From Smithellaceae bacterium (lineage in GTDB: Bacteria > Desulfobacterota > Syntrophia > Syntrophales > Smithellaceae): a DNA stretch of 64,000 nucleotides. The notes below the pieces were generated by a model that made no database searches, was not told where the DNA came from, and saw only the letters and a program-made list of their open reading frames with translations. A program made the position numbers and the translations under genes. The stretch covers positions 8,039 to 72,038 of the forward strand of contig JAQUVQ010000006.1 of NCBI GenBank assembly GCA_028693285.1, read 5' to 3'. Positions 48,766 through 55,982 of this stretch are shown piece by piece. Positions within the stretch are counted from its first letter, which is position 1. Every line of letters starts with the position of its first letter.

Positions 48766-49401
48766 TTATCCCGGCAGAAACATTGATATCAGCGTGATGA
48801 TGCCGTATTGAAGCGCGGCAATCACCGGATTCAGCGCTCCCAGAAGCAGCAGGCCCAGCACAATGAAGAAGCCGAAGGGCTCGATCTGGTACAGCACACG
48901 GTTAAACGATTCCGGGGTGAATCCCATCAGAATTTTGGAGCCGTCCAGTGGCGGAATCGGAATCAGATTGAACGCGGCAAGCAGAATGTTGATATACGCC
49001 AGCGTGTAGAGCACCGAATAGATCATGCCGCCCGGTTCGGGGGAAAAAAGGCGCCACAGCAAAAGCGCGAAAAAAGCGATGAGCATGTTGGCCGTCACGC
49101 CGGCGGCTGAAACCAGAATGAGCCCTTTGCGCCTTTGCGGTGCGGGAATGTTTTCCAGATTGACCGGGACCGGTTTGGCCCAGCCGAATCCGATGACGAG
49201 CAGCATGAGCGACCCGATGGGATCCAGATGCTTGATGGGATTCAGCGTCAGCCTTCCCAGCCATTTGGCCGTTTCGTCGCCCATTCGCAAGGCGACCCAG
49301 CCGTGCGCCAGCTCGTGGAAGATCACCGAGTACAACAGCAGAACGGCCAGCATCACGAATGCGGCCGGATCGCTGATCAGCAGGCGGATTAAACCCATCA
49401 C
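48766..49401 (-). CDS. Site-2 protease-family (M50) membrane metallopeptidase
   Basis: HELAHG zinc motif in TM1, NLIPIPPLDG motif, polytopic, 211 aa. Confidence 0.8.
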   Translation of the reverse strand: MMGLIRLLISDPAAFVMLAVLLLYSVIFHELAHGWVALRMGDETAKWLGRLTLNPIKHLDPIGSLMLLVIGFGWAKPVPVNLENIPAPQRRKGLILVSAAGVTANMLIAFFALLLWRLFSPEPGGMIYSVLYTLAYINILLAAFNLIPIPPLDGSKILMGFTPESFNRVLYQIEPFGFFIVLGLLLLGALNPVIAALQYGIITLISMFLPG

Positions 49402-49578
49402 CCCTTCTCCCTTCTTGATCGGGTTCCCGAATGATTGTCTCCGGGAATTTCAACCTGACGGAAAGCATAAATCATGAAGACGCGATATTCAACCGGAGTT
49501 TTCATCTTGACAGACAAGGCGTTTAATTTGTAGGAATGTTCCGCACATTCCATCACCTTCAGAAAAGGAAGAGGAACC

Positions 49579-51732
49579 ATGCCGGAAAATCCTTTGCGTC
49601 TGCTGATGAATCCGCGCTCCATAGCGGTGGTCGGCGCCAGTAATGATTTCAGGAAAATGGGCACCATTCAGGCTTTGAGCATCCTCCAGGACGGCTATTC
49701 GGGGGACGTGTTTTTCATTCACCGCAAGGAAAAAACCGTTCTCGGGCGCCCCGCTTTTCCGGCGGCGGCCGATCTGCCGAAAGCGCCGGATCTGGCGGTC
49801 CTGATCGTGCCGAGCTCCTCCATCGCGGGGCTGCTTGCGGATTTCGGCGCCATCGGAACGAAGCGCGCCATCATCATTACCGCAGGCTTCAAGGAAACCG
49901 GATCGGCCGGCCGGAGCATGGAAGAAAAGATCAAGTCCGTCGCCAGCCGGCACGGCATCCGGTTTGTGGGCCCCAACTGCCTGGGGATCATCAATTCCGA
50001 AAATTCGCTCAACACCACGGTGGCCCCGTTTACGACCGGCCCGGGACGCCTGGGATTCGCGTCGCAGAGCGGCACCTATGTGACGCAGGCGCTGCCGTAT
50101 CTGCGCAAAAACGGCATCCGCTACAGCAAGGCGATCAGCCTGGGCAACGAGGCCGACATCGATCTTGTGGACGCGCTGGAGTATCTGGGCGAGGATGAAC
50201 AGACGCGAGCCGTGATTCTTTACATTGAAGGCATTCGGGACGGCCGGCGGTTCGTGGAGGTTGCCCGCCGGATCACGCCCCGCAAGCCCGTCGTCGCGCA
50301 GTATGTGGGTGGTTCGGCCTCGGGCGCCAGGGCAGGCGCCAGCCACACGGGCGCCATGTCCGGGCCGGATTTTCTCTACGACGGCATTTTCAAACAGGCG
50401 GGCATTCTGCGCGTCCCGACGATCGAGGATCTCTACGCGCACGGCTGGACGCTTGCCACGCAGCCGCCCCTTCGCGGAAGGCGGGTTGGCGTTGTGACCA
50501 ATTCCGGCGGACCCGGTACGGGCATTGCCTACATGTGCGACCATGAAGGGCTGGAGGTTCCTCGCTTCTCCGAGAGCCTCCAGCGAGACATCCGGCCGCT
50601 GATCGAAGCGCACGCCTCGGCCGCCAACCCGGTGGACCTGACGTTTGACCTCGGCATGCGAAAGCTGGCCGTAACGCTGCCGGAGATGATTATGAAAAGC
50701 GGCGAGGTGGACGCGCTGATTCTGCACGGCATCATGCACTCGGGCTTCATGGTCGAAATTTTCGAACACCTGCGCGATTATCTTCAGGGTGTATCCTACG
50801 AGGCTTTTCTGAAAGGTACGAGATCCGTCAAGGAAGACGCATTTCAGCTGCCGGGCAAATACCCGTTTCCGTTTTTGATCTCCTCGTTCTTCGACGACAC
50901 CGACGACTGCACGCGCGGCTATCTGGACGCCGGCGTTCCGGTGTTCCGCTCTCCGGAAAATGCCGCCCGCGCGCTCGGTTCCCTGCACCGCTGCCGGCTG
51001 ATTCGGGAGAGAGTTCTTTCGAATGCGCCGCCGCTGTCCCAGGCACAGCCCGCCGCGCTGGAAATTCTGGGACGGGCGAAAGCCGAAGGGCGCGGCGCGC
51101 TGGATGAATGCGAGGCCAAGCAGGTGCTGGCGGCCTACGGCGTGCCCGTTACCCGCGAGGTGAAGGCCGTGACCTGCGATGACGCCGTGGAAGCGGCCAA
51201 GCAAATTCGGTATCCCGTAGCCGTCAAGGCGTGCAGTTGGGAAATCCTGCACAAAAGCGGCAGGGGCCTTATTGCGCTGAATCTCAAAAAAGAGGCGCAG
51301 GTTCAGGAAGCGTTTGACGGCATTCAAAAGGCGGCGGGGAAGCCCACGCCGGTGCTGGTGCAGGAAATGGTCTTCGGCAGCCGTGAATTTCTCGTCGGCA
51401 TGACGCGGTTCCCCGGATTTGCGCCTTGCGTGGTTTTCGGTCTGGGCGGTGTCTGGACGGAAATCCACCGCGACATGACTTTGCGGCAGTCGCCTCTGTC
51501 CGATTCGGACGCGGCCGAAATGCTGGCCGACCTGCGCAGCTCGCGCCTGCTGGGCGAATACCGGGGCATGCCGGAAGTGAAGCGCGGGGCCCTGGCCGGG
51601 ATTCTTCAGGCGGTGGGGACCATCGCGCTTCTGCACCCGGAGATCGCCGAGATCGACATCAATCCCGTCATGATTCGAGGCGATGAACCGGTTGCGGCGG
51701 ATGCGCTGATCGGATTAAAGGCTGAAGACTGA
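49579..51732 (+). CDS. ADP-forming acetyl-/acyl-CoA synthetase (fused alpha-beta, ACD family)
   Basis: 717 aa. CoA-binding N-terminus (SIAVVGASND..K.G), ligase-CoA domain with GPNCLGI and SQSGT (phospho-His loop region), and a C-terminal ATP-grasp (EAKQVLAAYGVPV...VAVKA). Confidence 0.88.
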   Translation: MPENPLRLLMNPRSIAVVGASNDFRKMGTIQALSILQDGYSGDVFFIHRKEKTVLGRPAFPAAADLPKAPDLAVLIVPSSSIAGLLADFGAIGTKRAIIITAGFKETGSAGRSMEEKIKSVASRHGIRFVGPNCLGIINSENSLNTTVAPFTTGPGRLGFASQSGTYVTQALPYLRKNGIRYSKAISLGNEADIDLVDALEYLGEDEQTRAVILYIEGIRDGRRFVEVARRITPRKPVVAQYVGGSASGARAGASHTGAMSGPDFLYDGIFKQAGILRVPTIEDLYAHGWTLATQPPLRGRRVGVVTNSGGPGTGIAYMCDHEGLEVPRFSESLQRDIRPLIEAHASAANPVDLTFDLGMRKLAVTLPEMIMKSGEVDALILHGIMHSGFMVEIFEHLRDYLQGVSYEAFLKGTRSVKEDAFQLPGKYPFPFLISSFFDDTDDCTRGYLDAGVPVFRSPENAARALGSLHRCRLIRERVLSNAPPLSQAQPAALEILGRAKAEGRGALDECEAKQVLAAYGVPVTREVKAVTCDDAVEAAKQIRYPVAVKACSWEILHKSGRGLIALNLKKEAQVQEAFDGIQKAAGKPTPVLVQEMVFGSREFLVGMTRFPGFAPCVVFGLGGVWTEIHRDMTLRQSPLSDSDAAEMLADLRSSRLLGEYRGMPEVKRGALAGILQAVGTIALLHPEIAEIDINPVMIRGDEPVAADALIGLKAED

Positions 51733-51761
51733 AGGTACGAGGGACAGTGCGCTATCGTTTT

Positions 51762-51850
51762 GTGAATAGTGGATGGTGGATAGCGGATGGTGAAGAAAGG
51801 CGAGAGGCAATGGGCTATAGGCGATAGGAAAAAAGCTCATTGCTCATTGC
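51762..51850 (+). repeat. Modular heptad-periodic intergenic repeat, copy B (short variant without palindromes)
   Basis: GTGAATA GTGGATG GTGGATA GCGGATG GTGAAGA, then AAGGCGA GAGGCAA TGGGCTA TAGGCGA TAGGAAA AAAGCTC ATTGCTC ATTGC. Lies between convergent genes. Confidence 0.6.
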
Positions 51851-51854
51851 TTAT

Positions 51855-53021
51855 TTACTTCTTTTTCTTCATCAAATCTCCCAGCGTCCCCATGGTTTTG
51901 GGCGACTTGGGCAGGTAGCTCTTGTAATCGTCTCCCGATTCTTCCCGTGGGCCGCCGTTTTCCGCGCCGCCGGAAGCCAGATCAAGCGCGATTTTTTTGT
52001 GCTCGCGGTCAATCTTTTCAATCTTCACGTCGATGTCGCGGTCCTTGGCCAGCACGTCCTGGGCGTGCTTGATCTTTTTGCCCCGGCCCAGTTTGGAGAT
52101 GTGCAAAAGCCCGTCCACGCCGGCTTCCAGCGTGACAAACGCGCCGAAATCCGTCAGCCGCGAAACCCGGCCCCTGTGGATGCTTCCTTCGACATAATTG
52201 CGGACAACGTCGTCCCACGGATCCGGGAGCGTATCCTTGAAAGACAGTGTGACGCGGTCGTTTTCCCAGTCAAGGTTGATGACGACCGCCTCAATCTTGT
52301 CGCCCGGCTTGTACAGGGATTTTGCGTCCTCCACTCTTCCCCAGGTCATTTCCGAAACCGGCAGAAGCGCCTGGACGCCGCCGATGTCCACAAACGCGCC
52401 GAAGTCGCGCACCGAAGTGACCACCCCCTGCACGGTCATGCCTTTTGTCAGGGATTCCTTCAGCGCGGATTTCTTTTCCTGCTCGATTTTTTCCAGGAGA
52501 GGGCGGCGCGACAGGATGATGTTGCGGCCGTTTTCGCCGTATTCGATCACGAGAAAGTCGAATTTTTTGCCGATGTAATCGGCGGCGCTCTCGATTCTTC
52601 GAAGCTCCATCTGCGAAAAGGGGCAGAAACCGCTCGCGCTGGCGCTGATTTTTACCGAAAATCCCCCCTTGACCTCCTTTTCAACGGCGGCTTCCAGCGG
52701 AATCCGGTGGGCGTAGGCGTTGGCCAGAAAATCATCCACGCTCTTGCGGGAAAGCAGTTTGGTCGTAAACAGCCTTTCGCTGTGGCGCGAGGAAAGGAAA
52801 TAAGCGGTCACGCTGTCGCCTTCCCGGGCGGTCAGATTGCCCTCCTCGTCGAGAAATTCTTTTTTATCGATATAGCCTTCGCTCTTGGCGCCCAGATCGA
52901 TGAAGACCCATTCCGGGGAAATCTTGACGATGGTCGCCTCCGCTTTCTCGCCCACGGCGAAGCGTTTGGGGGCGGCGTAGGACTCCTCGAGCATTTCAGC
53001 AAATGTTTTTGTATCTTCCAT
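51855..53021 (-). CDS. S1 RNA-binding-domain protein (four S1 repeats, Lys-rich tail)
   Basis: Repeats such as GEKAEATIVKISPEWVFIDLG, GMTVQGVVTSVRDFGAFVDIGG, GSIHRGRVSRLTDFGAFVTLEAGVDGLLHIS. ATG 53021 (MEDTKTF) is preferred over 53030 because the GAAGGA spacing is better. Confidence 0.8.
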   Translation of the reverse strand: MEDTKTFAEMLEESYAAPKRFAVGEKAEATIVKISPEWVFIDLGAKSEGYIDKKEFLDEEGNLTAREGDSVTAYFLSSRHSERLFTTKLLSRKSVDDFLANAYAHRIPLEAAVEKEVKGGFSVKISASASGFCPFSQMELRRIESAADYIGKKFDFLVIEYGENGRNIILSRRPLLEKIEQEKKSALKESLTKGMTVQGVVTSVRDFGAFVDIGGVQALLPVSEMTWGRVEDAKSLYKPGDKIEAVVINLDWENDRVTLSFKDTLPDPWDDVVRNYVEGSIHRGRVSRLTDFGAFVTLEAGVDGLLHISKLGRGKKIKHAQDVLAKDRDIDVKIEKIDREHKKIALDLASGGAENGGPREESGDDYKSYLPKSPKTMGTLGDLMKKKK

Positions 53022-53197
53022 GAGAAACATTCCTTCGGAATTTTAATGTGCGCGCCTCAATATCATGAAACGTTTCGTTTGTCCTTCTAAAATTACCGCT
53101 TGTCCCGTAAAACAGCGCGAAAACTAAAAAAATCTGGATAAATCCTGAAATATGTATTATGCAGGTACTCAAAAATATCCAAGGAGTTAAGCAACTT

Positions 53198-54499
53198 ATG
53201 CGTTTTGAAATTTCCCGCGGCGGCAGCGGCCTCACCTACGAAATCCGCAATATCGTGATGATCGCGAAAAAGATGCAGGAATACGGGCTGAAAATCATCT
53301 GGGAAAACATCGGCGACCCGGTCCAGAAGGGGGAAAACATCCCCGACTGGATGAAGGAAGTCCTCATCGACATCCTCAGGGAGGACATGTCCTACGCCTA
53401 TTCGCCGACGAAAGGCGTGGACGCCACGCGCGCTTTTCTGGCGGAGCGCACCAACGCGCGGGGAAAGATTCAAATCACGCCGGACGACATCATTTTTTTC
53501 AACGGCCTGGGCGACGCGATCGCCCGCGCCTACAGCTCCATTCAGGTGGACGCCCGCATGATCATGCCGGAGCCGACCTACTCCACGCACCTGATGGCGG
53601 AAGTGCTGCACGCGTCGTTTCCGCCCAACACATACCGGATGAATCCCTACAACAACTGGGCGCCGGATTTGCGCGAACTGGAGCACAAGGTGAAGAGCCA
53701 CCGGGCGATCGTCGGTATCCTGATCATCAATCCCGACAACCCGACCGGCTTCGTGTATCCCGTCGAGGCGTTGGAAAACGTCGTCCGGATCGCCCGCGAA
53801 AACGATCTGTTCGTCATTGCCGACGAGACCTACATCAACATCGTTTACAACGGCAAAAAGACCGTGCCGATCGGCGACGTGATCGGCGACGTGCCGGGCA
53901 TCGCCATGAAGGGCATTTCCAAGGAGGTCCCCTGGCCGGGCGCGCGCTGCGGCTGGATGGAGGTGTACAACGCGGAACGAGACCCGATCTTTGCCCGCTT
54001 CATCAACACGATTCTGCACCAGAAGATGTCGGAAGTCTGCTCGACGACGCTGCCGCAGATGGCGATTCCCCGCATCATGACGCATCCGGAATACAAAAAT
54101 TATCTGCGCCGGCGGACCCAGCACTATGAAAAACTCTCCGCCATCGCCTATGGCGTGCTCAAGGACGTCCCGTTTGTCATTGCCAACAAAAGCAACGGCG
54201 CCTTTTATATGACGATTCTTTTCAACGAGTCCGTGCTCAATGAACGCCAGCGCCTTTCCGTCGCCCCCCCGGAGCTCCAGAGCTATATCGAGAAACTGAC
54301 GAAGGGCGTCGAATACGACAAGCAGTTTGTGTACTATCTGCTCGCGGCCACCGGCATCTGCGTGGTTCCGCTGACGTCATTCTTCACGCCGCTGCTCGGA
54401 TTCCGCATGACGCTTCTGGACAAGGATGTGGACGAGTTCGAGTTCGTCGTCAAGACGCTGGCGGAAAAAATCACCGAGTATATTCAATCGAGCAAGTAG
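53198..54499 (+). CDS. Class I/II pyridoxal-phosphate aminotransferase (alanine/aspartate aminotransferase-like)
   Basis: AAGGAG 9 nt upstream of ATG 53198. NIGDP, INPDNPTG, and the PLP-Lys region GISKEVPWPGARCGW. Confidence 0.88.
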   Translation: MRFEISRGGSGLTYEIRNIVMIAKKMQEYGLKIIWENIGDPVQKGENIPDWMKEVLIDILREDMSYAYSPTKGVDATRAFLAERTNARGKIQITPDDIIFFNGLGDAIARAYSSIQVDARMIMPEPTYSTHLMAEVLHASFPPNTYRMNPYNNWAPDLRELEHKVKSHRAIVGILIINPDNPTGFVYPVEALENVVRIARENDLFVIADETYINIVYNGKKTVPIGDVIGDVPGIAMKGISKEVPWPGARCGWMEVYNAERDPIFARFINTILHQKMSEVCSTTLPQMAIPRIMTHPEYKNYLRRRTQHYEKLSAIAYGVLKDVPFVIANKSNGAFYMTILFNESVLNERQRLSVAPPELQSYIEKLTKGVEYDKQFVYYLLAATGICVVPLTSFFTPLLGFRMTLLDKDVDEFEFVVKTLAEKITEYIQSSK

Positions 54500-54662
54500 T
54501 GGATGGTGGATGGTGGATAGTGGATGGCAGGGAACGGTCGCGGCCGTTCCCTGCGGGCAACGAACGACAAGTGAAAAGTGACGAGTGTCATGGTGAGCTA
54601 GTCGAACCATGGCGAGAGAGTGACAAGTGATGATCAATGTAGGGCGGGTCTTCAGATTCGCC
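54499..54662 (+). repeat. Modular heptad-periodic intergenic repeat, copy C
   Basis: GTGGATG GTGGATG GTGGATA GTGGATG at 54499-54526. Palindrome GCAGGGAACGGTCGCGGCCGTTCCCTGC at 54527-54554. AAGTGAA AAGTGAC GAGTGTC ... GAGTGAC AAGTGAT. GTAGGGCGGGTCTTCAGATTCGCC at 54639-54662. The tract starts inside the aminotransferase stop codon. Confidence 0.75.
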
Positions 54663-54683
54663 TTGGTGTATGGTGGTTGGTAA

Positions 54684-54725
54684 CAAAAAAAGAGCAGAAG
54701 GTCTTTCACCTTCTGCTCTTTTTGT
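54684..54725. terminator. Bidirectional intrinsic terminator (aminotransferase on +, RRM gene on -)
   Basis: A-run, 12-bp perfect stem AGAGCAGAAGGT-ctttc-ACCTTCTGCTCT (54691-54719), then T-run. Confidence 0.8.
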
Positions 54726-54733
54726 TGGTGTTG

Positions 54734-55075
54734 CTAGTAACGGCCGCCCCGGTTTCCGCCCCCGCCCCGGTTTCCGCCGCCACGGTATCCGCCTCCGCCG
54801 CCGCCCCGGTTCCCTGAGCCGAATTCCTTCTTTGGCCTGGCTTCGTTGACGGTGATGGCCTTGCCGTCCAGTGTGCCGCCGTTGAATTTCTGAATCGCCG
54901 CCGTCGCGCCTTCTTCCGTTTTCATTTCGACAAAGCCGAACCCCTTGGACTGGCCTGTAAACCTGTCCTTGATCACGGATGCGGAAACGACTTCGCCCGC
55001 TTCCGAGAAGTTGACCTTGAGGTCCTCATCCGTTACCTTGAAAGACAGATTGCCGACGTATAGATTTTTGTTCAT
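54734..55075 (-). CDS. RRM (RNP-1/RNP-2) RNA-binding protein with Gly/Arg-rich (RGG) tail
   Basis: Start MNKNLYVGNLSF (RNP-2), KGFGFVEM (RNP-1), C-terminal GNRGGGGGGYRGGGNRGGGGNRGGRY. The track ORF's 13-aa extension was rejected. Confidence 0.9.
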   Translation of the reverse strand: MNKNLYVGNLSFKVTDEDLKVNFSEAGEVVSASVIKDRFTGQSKGFGFVEMKTEEGATAAIQKFNGGTLDGKAITVNEARPKKEFGSGNRGGGGGGYRGGGNRGGGGNRGGRY

Positions 55076-55257
55076 AGCGCATTCCTTTCTTTGTGTGGTG
55101 CCAGTGAATGGCACAGGTTAAACCTTCATTCCCCCGAGGGGTACCGCAAAGCATCGTCATTACCCCCATCCGGCTCCCGGTGGAGAAGGAAGGTTGAAGG
55201 AATGGCCTGTATGCCTCACCTGCCGTTTTGCCGCCGCCCGCGGGCAGGCGGACGGCG

Positions 55258-55295
55258 AACAAAAAACCACCGGGATCAGCAAAGGCTCCGGTGGT
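55258..55295 (-). terminator. Orphan intrinsic-terminator-like hairpin about 185 nt upstream of the RRM-protein start
   Basis: Minus strand reads ACCACCGG-(14-nt loop)-CCGGTGGT followed by TTTTTGTT. No annotated gene ends here. Confidence 0.45.
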
Positions 55296-55982
55296 CGCGC
55301 TTCCAGTATGAAAATCGCAGCAATTTCCATCGATAGAACGCTGTTGGGCGGAAACATGGTCACAATATCGAGCAATAGTCAAGGGCGGTTTTCATGATTC
55401 CGGGTTCAGATCCGGATTTCCTGTTGTCCGGGCCGCCTTGTTGCCGATGGGAAAAAGTCAGGAAATCAGGTTTGCGAACAGGCTTGCGGAATGATAAATC
55501 ATTTTTGTTTTCAATGGCTTGCCGTTGCACGCCCAATGAAGGGAAACGGCGTTTTTCGGCTCTAAATATTTCTTGACAGGATATGGATATTAGGGTAGGG
55601 GAAACCCCATGGATAAATTGACTTGCGGTCAAATTCGGGCCTCAAGTTCATAAACCAGTCAGATTCAGTGCTTTCAGCACCTGAAAAAAAGCGGCGCCCT
55701 GCTAAAATTTGCGGATCAGGGGCGGACAGTGCATTTTCAAAAAAGTGACGCAGGCGGGCTTTTTCGGCGCTTCGCGGCTTAAGGTAAAAAATAATTGTAA
55801 CGTGTTCACCGTTGGCAGTGTGCACCCCGACTCCAGTGAGAGGGCTTTCTCGCTGCGAGCCTTAAGCGTACCGAAAGCTTTCGCGTCGCAGGATTCCCGG
55901 ATTTATTAAAAAATACGTTTTATGGCGAAACGTTAGGCTAGCTTTGCAAGGAATACCAAACTAAAAGAGGAGGAAAACTAAC

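Noticed and set aside
49489-51636. 715-aa minus-strand ORF opposite the ADP-forming acyl-CoA synthetase
   Set aside because: Shadow ORF with Arg/Gly/Ala-rich composition and no domains. The plus-strand gene has CoA-binding, ligase-CoA and ATP-grasp regions.
55140-55215. CCGGTGGAGAAGGAAGGTTGAAGG segment resembling the SRP (4.5S) RNA domain IV GGAAGGAAGC motif
   Set aside because: There is no GNAR tetraloop-closed helix, no symmetric/asymmetric loop pair, and no flanking long helix. The match is restricted to purine-rich words.
55931-55950. Sigma-54-like GG...TTGCA element (AGGCTAGCTTTGCA) upstream of acs
   Set aside because: The GG-to-GC spacing is 10 nt instead of the 12 nt required by the TGGCAC-N5-TTGC consensus. 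The TGGCAG at 55813 likewise lacks a correctly spaced TTGC.
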